Of a DNA stretch of 64,000 bases, positions 1 to 13,574 are shown one piece after another (positions within the stretch are counted from its first letter, which is position 1; each line of letters begins with the position of its first letter). The DNA lies in the NCBI GenBank assembly GCA_964016885.1, contig OZ024743.1, positions 103,106,001-103,170,000 on the forward strand, written 5' to 3'. The notes beneath the pieces are model-generated. The model saw only the letters and a program-made list of their open reading frames with translations. It had not been told where the DNA came from and searched no databases. Source of the stretch: Eledone cirrhosa (Eukaryota). Both the position numbers and the translations under genes were made by a program.

Positions 1-2741
1 GACTGTTCTTTAGTGGGGGTGTCTTAACTACGATGTTTATATCATCTACGTAGCGGGAGTACATTATCAGGGTTAAGCTGTCTTCTAATTGTTCATTAAG
101 TTTTTGTTTAAGTCTACTGTCCCACCATACCATGAATAAGTTAGCTATGTCGCCTGCAATGCTAACACCAATGGCTGCTCCTTCCTCTTGGGCATATGTT
201 TTACCATTAAATTTGAACATATGTTCCTTAAGGGTTAATTTTATGCTGGCCCCTACCGCATGTGCAATCATTTTCTTCAGTTCATCGTGGTTTTCGGGTG
301 TCCGTATGGCTCTGGTCCACCCGTTCCATCTATCTGTGTGGGTTTTCTTGGCCATTGAGGTAATGGTAGGTGGTCTGCCTCTTGCTGGTCTTGTAGGGCA
401 CAGGTTGCTAAGGTCATAAGTGTCTAGGTAACTATTACTATGGGTAAGCTTAAGTAGAAGTCCCAGCTCACTGGTATCAATCCCACGGAACTCAACCTTG
501 CTCTCGCTGATCATTTCGACGCATTTCTCCACAGCAAAATCCACGTTAATAGATGGATACAGGGACACAACATCCATACTGCCTATTATGCAGTTTGTTA
601 GGTCCCCAGATCGGTTACCCGCGCCGATTCTGCTGAGGAGGTCCTCCGTGCTGTCACACACATCTGGGGACATCTCAATGATGGGGCGTATGATCAGGGA
701 GAGGAAGTAGGACAGTCTGTAGTTACTAGCAATGTTAGCCCCACAGACTGGCCGTGTTGGTGGTCCCGCGACAGGGTCCCAGCCCGTTTTATGGTCTTTT
801 CGAAGCCCATACAACGCCGGCACGTCATTGTTCCAGGCCTGGAAGTTGTTGGCAGTCCTTTTCTTGGGCTGCATTATATTTGTCCACATCACCATATGGG
901 CATTGAGGGTTTTTTCTCTATCCTCATGCTCCTGTGGTGTTACCTCTCTTGTGTTAGTGATGTGGGGTTGCATTGCCTGGATGTAGTTTGGCAGGCTGTC
1001 AACCGACATTTTGCCAGACTTGTCTGTTGGAAAGCATACTATCTCTCCATTACGCGAGCGCTGCATGAGCTTACGCAAGCCATTTGCAGATTCTTCTCCC
1101 AGTTGCTGGGCCTCTATTCTATTATGCTTCTTGCTATACTGTTCTATAATATTTCTAAGTTCGGATTTAGCTATACTAAATTGTGCTTCTGTTTGTTCAT
1201 CGACCTGCGACGGCAACTGCGTGCGTTTGTTAAATGGCAAAGTCGTGGCGTGGACTCGTCGTAGGTCGAATGATTTATCGGAGGGGTTATAAAACGGAGA
1301 GTTCCAGGCTGCTGCTTTATGTGTACTAGTGCTATTGTTATTGTTAGTTGTGTTGTTTCTATTTCCACCAACAGCAGCAGCCTCAGCTTCATGGTTGTTT
1401 CTATGTCTCTCATAATTACTCCTGTCTCTTTCCACTGGCTCAATGTTGATATCTACCCTATTTTGTGTGTCTGTGTGTTCGTCTTGGTTATTCTCTTTGT
1501 CCTTAGTCTCCCATCTCCTTTTCCTTTTAATCCTATTACTTTCTCTTATTTCTCTGATTTCTGTGCTACTGTCATTACTTGTTTTCTGTGTCTGTGTGTT
1601 TGTTAAGATTGTGGTGGTGGTGAGAGGCATTGAATGCGTGTGTGTTGTTGTTGTTGATGTGTGTTGTTGTTGATGTGTGTTGTTGTTGTCTCCGTGTGTG
1701 TGTGTGTTATCGTTGTTGTGTGTTGTTATTGTTGTTTGTGTTTGCGTGTCTGTTGTTGTTGTATCTGGGTATGTTGCTATTGTTGTTGTTGTTGATGTGT
1801 GTGTTGTTGTTATTGTTGTCTCCGTGTGTGTTGTTATTATTGTTTGTGTCTGCGTGTCTGTTGTATCTGGGTATGTTGCTATTGTTGTTGTTGTATCTGG
1901 GTATGTTGCTATTGTTGTTGTTATTGTTGTTTGTGTCTGTGTGTCTGTTGTTGTTGGGATGTGTGTTGTATATGTGTGTGCGTATATTGTTGCTTTTGTT
2001 TTTGTTTTTGATGCTCCAGCGTAGTTTCGTAAATGATTTTTCTATTTCTGACAGACAACTAATCATATTTACCTTCTTGAATGTCGCAAATTTGGGTGGC
2101 AGACGTAACACAGACATTTCATTATTATCTATTTCCGTGTTTCCATAAATGTTGGTATTTTCATTGTTGAACTCTTCAGATAATGAGGTGTCGGCCATGT
2201 TGATACCGTCAATTTTGTCGGGATATCTATTGGTATACTCTATAGTATCCCGATTTAGCTTTGCCTGTTTAAGCCACTTTAATTTTCTGTTAAAGTGCTT
2301 ATTACATTCTTGAGTAATGTACTGTTCTTCGGGGCGTATAAGGCTTATAAATGTTAGTTTTTCTGCTGGTGTGGTGATTTTCGATATTTCATCTATTAGG
2401 TTACGCTTTAGTTTTTCTTGATGACTTAATTCTCTATAGATCTTCTTTTTTATGTTTAGAATTAAAGTTCGTTTTAGCCTATCTGCTTGTTTTTTGGTGA
2501 GTTGTAATCTTCTAACGTCGGTATTGATGGTGTTGGTGTAGATTCTAGAAGTGGTGCACAGTTTTATGAAGTGTAGTTGTCGAGATGTTATGGTTTTTCG
2601 TAGACAACAGAACATGGTGGTTTTCAGTATCTTGTTAGCCTGGCTAAGGCTTACGATATTTCGTTTCTGAATTTGTTTAGCAAGATTCTTTATCTGAAAT
2701 CGTGTGTTGAAACCGATATTGTTATACTTTGGGAGGGTCAT
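1..2741 (-). CDS. PLE polyprotein, N-terminus plus reverse transcriptase (Naiad-like); one frameshift in the N/T-rich low-complexity tract ~1707-2010
   Basis: ATG at 2741 (MTLPKYNN...LRLPPKFA). A second frame, translated by hand, stays open to base 1: PTDKSGK, LYGLRKDHK, GPPTRPVCGA, SMDVVSLYPSI, insertion-in-fingers-like CPTRPARGRPPTITS, QEEGAAIG...MVWWD, YSRYVDD. Confidence 0.85.
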
Positions 2742-2871
2742 GTTGCCAATAAGAAACACACGCAGACACCCGGATGTGGCGCATGCGCAAACTGAGCACG
2801 CAACCCACACACAAACAAAATGGCGTAGGATAGAAGAAAGGAAAGGCACAGAAACGAAGAAAGAAATCCCC

Positions 2872-2916
2872 AGTCACTGAAGAGGTCACAGAGTGTGTGA
2901 CGAAAGAACTATGACT
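2872..2916 (+). ncRNA. Minimal type I hammerhead ribozyme in pLTR
   Basis: AGTCA-CTGAAGA-G-GTCACA(GAGTG)TGTGAC-GAAA-GAAC-TA-TGACT: intact core, paired stems I and II, very short stem III. Confidence 0.8.
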
Positions 2917-3075
2917 ATATATATACAAACAACTATCTGGTTGTGGAACCAACCAACCAACCAGAAATTTATAAATTTATAAATTTGTAAATTTATAAAT
3001 ATATAATAAATTAAATTGAAGTGAAAGCAACTAGTGCGTGTGTTTCTTATTGGCAACATGACCCTCCCAAAGTAT

Positions 3076-3158
<83 letters not shown>

Positions 3159-3394
3159 AAACCAGCTGCTGAACATAAGTCCGAGACTTTATTGACAGCG
3201 AGATATGGAGTGCGAAGAAAAACAAATCTGACCTCGGCGGGAGTAGGCGAAAAGAGGCAGAGACGAGAGAAAACGGAAGTAGTAGGGGAGCAGAGAAAAA
3301 GAGAGTATAAGTGAGAGGGAGAGTGAGGGGGGAGAGAGAAAGAAAGGGAAAGGGTTAAGAATAACAAAGGAAATGTGGAGCAAAAATTAATAGA

Positions 3395-3750
3395 AATTTA
3401 GAAGAAACAAGGGGCTGTGTGGTTACTTGATAAAGTGTATTTAGAAATAAAAGGAAAGTACAAACGGTGTACAATCCCTTCTTCAAATATCTGCTGGAGA
3501 ACACGGACATTTCAATACATTAAAAACAATATGTCTAATTCCATTGCGTCAATAACTTGTTAAAGTTATTGAGGAGGGAAAAGGAGAGAGAAAAAAGGTT
3601 ATTGACGCACTGGAGTTAGTCATATTGTCTTTAATCCGTTGAAATGTCCGTGATCTACAGCAGACAACTGAAGAAGGGATTGTCACCCGTTTTTGCTTCC
3701 GTTTTATTTCTAAATACACTTAACCAAGCCCCTTGTTTCTTCTAAACTTT
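3395..3750. repeat. Degenerate ~160-bp inverted repeat, probably an old head-to-head pLTR pair
   Basis: 3395-3556 is an imperfect reverse complement of 3598-3750. It holds a decayed CTGAAGAAGGG...CCCG motif and abuts (TA)n. Confidence 0.55.
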
Positions 3751-3766
3751 ATATATATATATACAT

Positions 3767-3870
<104 letters not shown>

Positions 3871-4080
3871 CGTTTCTGAATTTGTTTAGCAAGATTCTTT
3901 ATCTGAAAACGTGTGTTGAAACCGATATTGTTATACTTTGGGAGGGTCATGTTGCCAATAAGAAACACACGCACCAGTTGCTTTCACTTCAATTTATTAT
4001 AAATTAAATTTATAAATTTAGGAATTTATAAATTTCCGGCTGGTTGGTTGGTTCCACAACCAGACGATTGTTCATATATT

Positions 4081-4123
4081 GTCAAAGTTCTTTCGTCACA
4101 CATTCTGTGACCTCTTCAGTGAC
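4081..4123 (-). ncRNA. Minimal type I hammerhead ribozyme in pLTR
   Basis: GTCA-CTGAAGA-G-GTCACA(GAATG)TGTGAC-GAAA-GAAC-TT-TGAC on the minus strand, sense to the endonuclease ORF. Confidence 0.75.
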
Positions 4124-4322
4124 TGGGGATTCTTTTCTTTGTTTTTGTGCCTCTCCTTTGTTCTGTCCTAAGCCATCTTGTTTTTGTATGTGTTGTGTGC
4201 TTAGTTTGCGCATGTGTTACATCCGGGTGTCTGTGTGTGTTTATATTTGTTTATTTATTTGTTTATTTACATGTTACTGGTTGGTTGTTTGTTCTATGTG
4301 TGTGTGTGTTTTCATTTTGTCC

Positions 4323-5290
4323 TTAATTGTAAGTTGTGATGTTGCTGTTCCATTCATGTTTTCTATTTAATTTTGGTTGGAGTTCATTTATGTTTATTGC
4401 CTCTGTGATTTGTCTAAACATTGCGTCTTTTCTGTGTGTAGATTCTATTTTTATTTCTATGTTCTCTAATTTACCCTTATGTTCTATTTTAGCATGTTGG
4501 TGGAGTACAGATGATTCTTGACTATCTTGAAGCTCTCGCCAGTGTTCATTTATCCGTTCCCCTATACTACGAACTGTCTCACCTATGTACACTATATTCT
4601 TATCTCTACATTGTCCTTCAGTACATCTTATGCTATATACTACATTTCTAGTTTTACAGTTAATATGGGGGCTTAGTTTACAGATTATACATTTCTTATC
4701 TATACAGGGAGGTCTTTGAAAAGGGTATGTATTGCTAATAAGTGTTTTTATGGAGGTACCTGGTCTTTCTACTATCTTAATATTGAATTTATGTTTATCT
4801 CGGGCCCTTCTAAATTTGTAAGCTAATTCACCTCTAGGGGTTGTATTGATGAACATTACACTCTGGTATTTATTGCTATCATACCATGAGTTTATTCTAT
4901 TAACCTTATTCCTAGTTCTTTCTATTCTATTCCAAAATTTGCTACTATAGAAGGGGCAGGTCCCATTTGTATCATTATTTACCATTTTTTCCCATTTGGT
5001 TCTGGCTCCTCTATATACTCCGATCTTATCTCTCTGATTGTAACCAGAGAACTGCATACGGTGGATGAAGTGTTGTATGTGTCTCTCTGGTTCTTTAGGG
5101 TTGCACATGCGGGACACGTTTTTCATCACCCGTACCAAATCCGCAATCAGTATGTTGATTTTGGTGTGGTCCGAAACAGCTGAGTTTCGGTGGATCAGAT
5201 ATTTGGAAGTCATGGGTTTGGCATAATGGGAATGGAGGATCTGTTTTTTGTTATTGATAATATCTAACCAGAGCTCTGTGTTTAGTACAG
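4323..5290 (-). CDS. PLE C-terminus: RT thumb, CxxxxCxxC zinc finger, GIY-YIG endonuclease (5'-truncated)
   Basis: YAKPMTSKYLIHRNSA, RMQFSGY, CIDKKCIIC, NVVYSIRC...VYIGETVRSIGERINEH, HQHAKIEH, RQITEA, LNRKHEW. Confidence 0.9.
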
Positions 5291-5852
5291 GTAATCAATA
5301 TTAAGATAGTAGAAAGACCAGGTACCTCCATAAAAACACGTATTAGCAATACATACCCTTTTCAAAGACCTCCCTGTATAGATAAGAAATGTATAATCTG
5401 TAAACTAAGCCCCCATATTAACTGTAAAACTAGAAATGTAGTATATAGCATAAGATGTACTGAAGGACAATGTAGAGGATAGAATATAGTGTACATAGGT
5501 GAGACAGCTTGTAGTATAGGAGAAAGGATAAATGAACACTGGTGAGAGCGTCAAGATAGTAAAGAATCATCTGTACTCTACCAACATGCTAAAGTAGAAC
5601 ATAAGGGTAAATGAAAGAACATAGAAAAAAAATAGAATCTACACACAGAAAAGACGCAATTACAATTAAGGACAAAATGAAAACACACACACACATAGAA
5701 CAAACAACCAACCAGCAACATGTAAATAAATAAATATAAACACACACAGACACCCGGATGTAACACATGCGCAAACTAAGCACACAACACACATAAAAAC
5801 AAGATGGCGTAAGACAGAACAAAGGAGAGGCACAAAAAGAAAAGAATCCCCA

Positions 5853-5895
5853 GTCACTAAAGAGGTCACAGAATGTGTGACGAAAGAACTTTGAC
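5853..5895 (+). pseudogene. Hammerhead copy with core mutation (CTAAAGA)
   Basis: Same motif as 4081-4123 but G5 changed to A. Confidence 0.7.
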
Positions 5896-7494
5896 AATAT
5901 ATGAACAATCGTCTGGTTGTGGAACCCACCAACCAACCGGAAATTTATAAATTCCTAAATTTATAAATTTAATTTATAATAAATTGAAGTGAAAGCAACT
6001 GGTGCGTGTGTTTCTTATTGACAACATGACCCTCCAAAAGTATAACAATATATATATATATATATATATATATGATCTTCTTGAAATTAAATTATCATTT
6101 ATATCTATACATTAACAATCAGAAATTCAGTATTTTAGTGTAATCTTTCAAAACATATGAATCACTCTCACGCGGATGGCGAATGATAAATTAAATAGAT
6201 AACTAAATACGTTGTATTGTGGAATTTAATAAAACTCCATAACGCTCTGTATTCAAACCCCGCTTATATCGATTTTAAATATATGCACAAGGCCAGCAAA
6301 GTTAATTAAGTTGACTCCAGTATGTAACTGGTATATTATTTATCAACCTCGGAAGGATGGCAACATTGACCTTGGTGGGATTTGAAAGCAAAATGTAAAG
6401 AGCTACATCAGATACTGCAATGGCATTTTATCTACCACCTTACCAATTCTGTCAGTCCTCTAGACTCAAACCGTGTACGAATATTAGAAATAATTGTTGT
6501 ATCTCTCAGCTTCAACACATTTAAACTTGTATTTTTCTCCAGACCATATATGATGTTATAACAGGCTTAAATTCTTTATAACTTTGTACAGTTTCAATTG
6601 AATAAATATGGGGATGTATTTTCGCGAACCCAAACATTTATACTCCATTGAGTTGAAGGCTAACTCTAGATGGATTTCCTTCGATGTTAAGCAGATGGAG
6701 AGAGATATTACTCCGGGTGAGTTGTCGGTGTATCACGGGTCATTTTCCTCTTATTCAAATTGTATACAGTAGAGTAAGCCAACGAAACATTGACCCGGGT
6801 TTTGAAGTACAATACATTGTCAAGGATCAACCAGCCATAAACAAGATTTTCCAGTTCATGGATTCTACGAAAAGATTCAACAACAGAAACTTTTAGTTGC
6901 TTTATAGTTGTCCTTGAATTTCACCTTTTTTATATATGCTCATTTTGCCTTCCGTTTTCTCCCACCCCCTATCTCTCCCTCTGTTTCTCTATTGTATTTG
7001 CTTTTTAGTTGTAAGGGGTATTAGATACCTGTCCAAATCTGTCACGACGTACTAACTTTATACTGGCGTTTAAATTGAAATAAATAAGTTAAAATGTGAG
7101 CTTTACAAAACTATCCAAAAAGGTTATCTTTAATGTTATAAGATCACTACATTGATTCATTCATAGGTTTGTAACTCAATCAACACTCATACAGGTTACG
7201 ATCATCTCAAGTGGAAATGTAAAAGGTTTGCTCGGTGAGAAAAATAGTTGTTTGAAATAATTCTGTGTATATGACATGTAGGCAAAGAAGTGCAGAATTT
7301 GAAATGAGTCGAATGAAATGAATTTAAGTTCTGCATTGAGGTGTACTAGACTATTTGAGAATTAATTTTGTTAGACCATAGAAACCCCAATACAGTAGCA
7401 GTGAAAGCAAAACTACACTGTGCCGATTCAAGCATTATTAAATTTACTTGACTTCTATTCGTTTATTATATCAACAAAATTATGTCCACAAAAG

Positions 7495-9845
7495 AAAGCG
7501 AAATTGCATAGCTGTTAGAATATCGGGTAGAATGTTTTGCGGTGCATGTTGTAGCTCTCTGCTTTCTGAGTTTAAATCGAGCCATGGTTAAATTTTGAGG
7601 TTGATAAATAAAGTGCCAGTCGAATGCTGGGAGCGATTTGCCTTCTATATATTTTAAAATTACTCTCTATTATATACACATACACATACATTACTTATTT
7701 CCTTCACCGGAAGAAATTCGATGCATTCAGACCTGGTGTGGGATGGGCTCCATCGTATTTAAAATGCCCAAGAAACGCCGTGCAGTTTAAGGTAGCTTTC
7801 GTATTGATGACCATTTTCCTACATTGATTTGAAAACTGTTTTCAATTCCCGATTGGATTTCACAGGAACGTTTCAACCAAAATGTATTGTCTGAGCTTTT
7901 GATGTATACTTCGAATTGCGTAAGGTAACGTAATTCGAGACGCCGAATTAGTAGAGCCGTTAGAACGTCGAATAGAATTATTTGCGATAACCTTTCTGCT
8001 ATCTGAGTTCAAGTCCTGCCGAGGTTAACTTTACTCTCATCCTTTTGTGGCCGATAAAAAATGTACTATTCTAGCCCTAACGTTGATTCCTTCTCTCTAT
8101 CACACTCACTCTCTCATCCCTTCTTTTGAAGAAATCGGGTGTGTTCAGACCTGGAAACGAACGGGCTCCTCAAGATATAGAACACTCAAGAAACCTCGTA
8201 TGTTACTACTGCACTCCCACGACTCAACTAGAAATTATTAATCAAAACGTATTCAAAGAAACGCCTTAACTGAAATTTACTCACTCATCTGTTCATGTAA
8301 AATTCTAATTGCGTAAGGTTAATGAAATTATAGGCGGCGAATTGGCAGTGTCTTTAGAGCATTGGATAGAACGCTTTGTGATATTCGTTCCGGCTTTCTG
8401 CTGTGTTCGAATCCCGCCGAGGTCAGAAAGAAATCTCTGTACTTATAGAAATATTTTCATTAGAATTATTGACATGAAGGCTCTCGCCACTCCACACCAA
8501 AATTGATGCAGTGATACTATGCTGATTTCAACAATGATCCGCCTTTGCAGTTTTCTTTGTATACCACCATTATATTGCTTGTATTATCTTATTTGGTCGA
8601 TTTGAAGATTTCCTTACATTCTTTATTTGCTTCCCTCTACATTCTAAAAATACTGGCCCCGACTTGAACGAAGATTACATACATGCAGCAACGGGAACAA
8701 CACCAGTAAAATGAGAAGTTAGAATGTATTGCAATAATAAAAAGTAAGCTTTGATTCGAATGATGCTATTCAGACAGACTAAGCTACTTATAAGTAAGGA
8801 TATCTCTTTATAGTCTTATAATAATCTAGTTTGCATGTGTGGTAATATGGCACAGTTAAAATATAGCTAGATCCGGCGATTAGTCAAGGTTTATTTAATT
8901 TTATTGTATTCAACAAATCAGTAATTCTTGCCTGGATATGAACTTCAAAGTCGTTAAAAGAGTTCGCGTAAAATTTGTCGCATTTATAACTTTCACAAAT
9001 TATTAATCTAGAGGTAGTGAGAATACATCTGATTGGTTTTCATAACAGGTTCATCGTCACGATCACTTGGTAAACACATTTCTTTGCAAAATAATGAATT
9101 CTACTTAAGACATAAGACCATTTTTTGTGGGAAAGGGAAAGTCAATTAAATCGACCCAAGTATTTGAGTTGACTTCGGCGAGATTTGAACTCAGAATGTA
9201 AAGGTTGTTACTAAATCCTGCAAAGCATTTTGTCTGACGCTCTTACGATTCTGCTAATCCACCACCTTGCTTTCATTATAAAATCATTTTTTTAACATTG
9301 TGCCAGCCATTGTACGTAATTTTATCGACCCGATATGGATGAAAGGAAATTTTGAACCCAGGACTTGGAACATAATAACTAGATCCGGTAAAGAATTTTG
9401 TCCGATGCTTTAACAACTCTGCCAATTAGGTGCTCAACTTCCATTGAAGAATACCGATTATTTACATTTGAACACTGCCGAATAGTAGAAAACGTAATAC
9501 TACACAAAAAGGTATTTCTGCCGGTCTAATGAATCGGGCCCTCTGATTGGAAACTTGCTTTATAAAATAATTGTATCTTTTTCAGGTATAAAGGCAGCAA
9601 TTTTGGAGGAGGGCAAAGTCATATATATTGACCCAGTACTTAGACTGTTACTTTGTGTTTTCTTAATAAAAAGAGACGTTATAGTTGATGCAGAAAGCAA
9701 ATTGGCAGATTTGTTAGATCATCGGATAGAATGCTTTGCGGTATTGTTTCGGCTTTCTGTTCTCTGAGTTCAAATCCCGCCGAGGTCAACTTTACCTTTC
9801 AGCCATTGGAGGTCAATAAAAAAGTAACAGTCTATATTGGGGATG
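7495..9845. repeat. Cluster of degenerate copies of the dominant SINE family (about 7495-7640+, 7940-8070+, 8333-8425+, 9120-9270-, 9300-9430-, 9695-9845+)
   Basis: Shared core GAGTTCAAATCCCGCCGAGGT(C/T)AACTTT...GATAAAATAAAGTACCAGT with A/B-box-like head. Confidence 0.75.
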
Positions 9846-10220
9846 ATTCTCACTCAATATATCTTTTTCACTTCCATTCTCTTCCTCTCTATCCTTCTCT
9901 TGGAGAAATCTGCTGTATTCAGATATGGAGAGGAGATGGGCTCGTCAGGTTTTTAAATATTCTAGAAACGACGTTGAAAAGAACCATAATACACAGTTAA
10001 TAAGTAGAAGTGCGAGATTTGAACGCGTAGCCTCCTCGTTAAGTGCACCCATCAGTAAGTTTATAATTACTAGTTAATTATAATAAACATATTAATAATT
10101 ATAAACGTTTGTATAGGTATAATAAAGCCAAAACAATGCAGGTATGGACATAGAATAAAGAATGCAAATGCAAAAGATATTGTTGACGATTAGTCTTTTA
10201 CCTTAGATTTATTTAAATGT

Positions 10221-10256
10221 CCTTAATTTTCAAGATAATATCTCTTCTTCGGAGGG
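10221..10256 (-). ncRNA. Hammerhead-like motif (U4C core) in pLTR
   Basis: CCT-CCGAAGA-A-GAGAT(ATT)ATCTT-GAAA-AT-TA-AGG, downstream of the endonuclease ORF and followed by AATAAA. Confidence 0.5.
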
Positions 10257-10656
10257 AAGTAAAGCGGTTAAACCAGTGTTCTAAATAGCTTGCCAAGTCT
10301 TGCTGACAGGAAATGGTATAGAGTATCTGTTCTATCTATAATGTCAAAGAGTTAAGGTTAGGTGGATAAAGAGTAGTCTCTCTTTAAAAGGTTTTTTTTT
10401 TGTACATGCCTGTTTAAGTGTGTGGGAAATGCATGAGGGTGTAAGTATGTGAGTGTGTGTGTGTGAGTGTGTGAAGATATGTCTATACGTAAATGTGGGG
10501 GATAGATGTTATCTCGTGTTAGAACTGGTCTTTGTGTGTGTATGTGTGTGTGTGAGAGAGAATAAGTGGAGGTGTAAGCGTGTGTGTGCGTGCGTGCGTG
10601 CGTGTGAGTGCGTGTGTGTGTGTGTGGGGGGTGTAAATATGGGGCTAGATGCTCTA

Positions 10657-11572
10657 TCAAGTTATTAATTGGGTATTGAGTTCTAGTCTATTATTGATTG
10701 GTGGTTGTATTTTGTCTATAATTAGTGCTTCCTTAATTCTAAGATTGCCGAGGTTTCTTTCCTTAGTTTCTATCCTAACTGTTATGGTTTTGTCGGTGTT
10801 TTTGCATTTAACTAGGTGTTTCTTAAATGAGGAAGCGTTAGTATTGAGGTCTTCTTTTATTCTTATGTGGAGTGGTCTGGTGGTGCTACCTATGTAGAAG
10901 TTGCTGCATTTGTCACACTCTAGACTGTATACGACGTAAGCCTGGTGGCATAGGTCTGTGTCGTTGATGGGGCAGTTGGCTAGCCTGCAGCAGTTGTCAT
11001 GTCTGGTGGAGTGTCTTTTGGTTAGCTGTCCGCGTAGAGAAGGACCTGAGTGGGCCAGTTGGATATCTAGTCCCTCTCGTCTGATAGCTTTGCGGATGGC
11101 TGTTGTTGTTTCGTCACTGAAGTGTGGGAGCTTCAGGAAGCAAGTGTTAGTGCCTCGGGTGTGGTGTCCTCTGTTCTTTCTGGCACGGTTTGTGGTGGAT
11201 GTCGTGTATCCGTTCAGTTTGAGTACTTCCAGGAAATGTGTGGTGTGTGTGTCTCGGTCTCTAGCATCGGTGCATTTGTTCCGGATACATGTTAGTTCGT
11301 TCCTTATGTATCCGAACTTAGCGCTGGCTGGGAGGGCCGATCTGAAATGTACGAACAGGTCCCTGCTGGCGACTTTTTTATAGAAGCAGGTGTGGATGTT
11401 GCCTTCCTCTGTTACCCTGAGTTGGAAGTCCAGTAGGGATAGGGATCCGCGGTCATCGGGGTGTTCCATGTTGTACTTTATACTGGCGTCCATGCTGGAG
11501 AATGTTGTGTATATTTTATCTGCCTCCTCACAGGATGATGTAAGGATGAGTATGTCATCTACATATCGGGTA
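10657..11572 (-). CDS. PLE RT C-terminus plus GIY-YIG endonuclease
   Basis: [32 protein letters not shown]...[35 protein letters not shown]...PPINNRLE. Confidence 0.88.
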
Positions 11573-11813
11573 GACAACACGTACTTCACCTTCCACCACC
11601 ACACATACAGACAGACAACAGGATTACCCATGGTATCCAGCCTATCGGGTCTGCTGGCCATCACTTATATCAACCAGCTAGAATGCCGAGCCCTCAACAC
11701 CTGCCATTCCCATACCTTCTTCACCCGATATGTAGATGACATACTCATCCTTACATCATCCCGTGAGGAGGCAGATAAAATATACACAACATTCTCCAGC
11801 ATGGACGCCAGTA

Positions 11814-12862
11814 TGTCGTCGGCAAATTCAGCATCCGATATATTTTTCGCCTTAACTGTCCTGCTCTGAGCCGGTGTTACAGTAAAGTCAGAGTCCTGGT
11901 GTTTCTCCAGCGCAAGACGCATACAATAGTCCACTGCGATGATAAAAAGGTAGGGAGCCAATGTATCTTCCTGGAGCACTCCAGCCAGTATCTCAAAGAA
12001 CTCTGTCATCCCATCAGGTGTAATGATTTGGGCTTTGGTGTTGGTGTAGAGCAGTGATATCAGGTCCACTATTTTCTTGAAGATTTCATAAGCCTGTAAG
12101 ATCTTCATCAGGCAGAGACGGTCCACAGAATCAAAGGCCTTCCTAAAGTCAATGAAAACCATGACTGCAGGAAGGCACTTTGCTCTAGCTCCCTCCTATA
12201 TCCTCCTTAGCATCAGGATGTGACTGGTGGTCGATCTTCCCTCTCCGAAGCCGTTCTCGTTGTCCCTGAGCTTCTTCTCCACTAATAATGTAGGCGGGAA
12301 GCCGCTAGAATTGGTTGACGACTTCCTGTATTTGGGAGCAAAGATTGGGAATACGGAAGATGATGTGGTCGAGAGGAAGAGCAAAGCCTGGGCGGCGTGC
12401 CACAGCTTGAGATCGGTGTGGAAGTCTGACCTTCGTAAAGACCCGAAGATCGGTCTCTTCTTTGCTGTAGTGGAGTCTGTGCTGCTGTACGGGTCTGAGA
12501 CTCGGACACTGATCAAGAAACTGACTCAGATGGTGGATGGGTGCTACACGAGAAATCAGTATACACTGAGGATGAAGAACTCAGAGCTGTACGGGAGCCT
12601 CCCAAAAGTCAGTTCGAAAGTGACACAAGGAGACTGAGGTTAGCTGGACATGCTCACCAACATACAAAGTTGATACTGCACTCAGTGCTCCTGTGGGAGC
12701 CCCTGCATAGACACACTGGAAGAGGAAGACCGAGATTAACATATGTTGAAACCCTAAGGACAGACACTGTTCTCTTGGAGACGCAGGAGATGGCAGTGAT
12801 AATGAGGGACAGAGGGCGCTGGAGAGAACTTGTCCATGGATCTCGGGAATTTTACCCGCCCT
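11814..12862 (+). mobile_element. RTE-superfamily LINE fragment with 5' inversion (11814-12283 inverted, 12284-12862 sense)
   Basis: Minus: NENGFGEGRST, FIDFRKAFDSV, GVLQEDTLAPYLF, EFADD. Plus: DFLYLG, VLLYGSET, RRLRLAGH, RGRPRLTY, DRGRWR. Ends at (TA)n. Confidence 0.85.
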
Positions 12863-12864
12863 AC

Positions 12865-12897
<33 letters not shown>

Positions 12898-13574
12898 AGT
12901 ATACAAAGATCGGAATTAAGAGTATTCCGCAGTTCACAGTAATAATAATAATAGAATTAGCTCGAAGAAGAATAGAGAATTTTCTTCTGAGCTCAAATGC
13001 AAATATATTACACAAAGAGAAGTGTGTTACACAGTGAGATGTGTGTAAAGAATTATTACAAGTGATAATATATATATATATATATATATACATATATGTA
13101 TGTATATATATACATATATATATACATATATATATAAAGAGAGAGAGGGGGAGACTGAGTGAAAAAGATAAGTAAACATAGATAGGTAGATATATTAAGA
13201 GTTCCATAATAGATCATTGTCATATTAAAACATTATATGCCATTGTAATCCAAAATAGGACATCACATCATCAGCAAAAACGACATCTTTATGTAATATT
13301 ACAAGAGTCCACTATTGCATATGCTATTGTTTGTGATCAGAATCATATATATAAGGTGAAAGTGACCTGAATTAACATTTCACATAAATAAATAGATAAA
13401 TAAATAAATGAATTAATAAATAAATAATAAATAAATAATAAATGTGTCACAGATGCTGCTTGTTAGAAGTTTATTATTTGCTCCCTACTGCTTATTGATT
13501 TCCGTGAAAAAAAACAACTTTTATGCCATAAATGTTACTTGCAGGTTTATATTACAGTTGCAGAATAGTTGTTG

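Larger units (their letters stand above)
1..3081 (-). mobile_element. Penelope-like retroelement (Naiad-type), 5' portion with inverted pseudo-LTR at 2762-3081; runs off window start
   Basis: Minus-strand RT reading frame. A plus-strand pLTR copy carries an HHR, AATAAA and the ORF start, and ends in (TA)n. Positions 2719-2764 are inverted relative to 3035-3081. Confidence 0.9.
10000..11813 (-). mobile_element. Second PLE lineage, 5'-truncated, with inverted 5' RT segment (11573-11813)
   Basis: RT-GIY-YIG ORF. 11480-11572 is the reverse complement of 11723-11813. The plus-strand segment encodes the upstream RT (YRQTTGLPM...RYVDD). Left boundary approximate. Confidence 0.85.

Noticed and set aside
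1-2741. Selenoprotein-type Naiad
   Set aside because: No in-frame TGA was seen in the hand-translated RT frame or in the endonuclease ORF.
6608-6722. Possible exon ending at a GTGAGT donor
   Set aside because: No consistent acceptor and frame, and no recognisable peptide.
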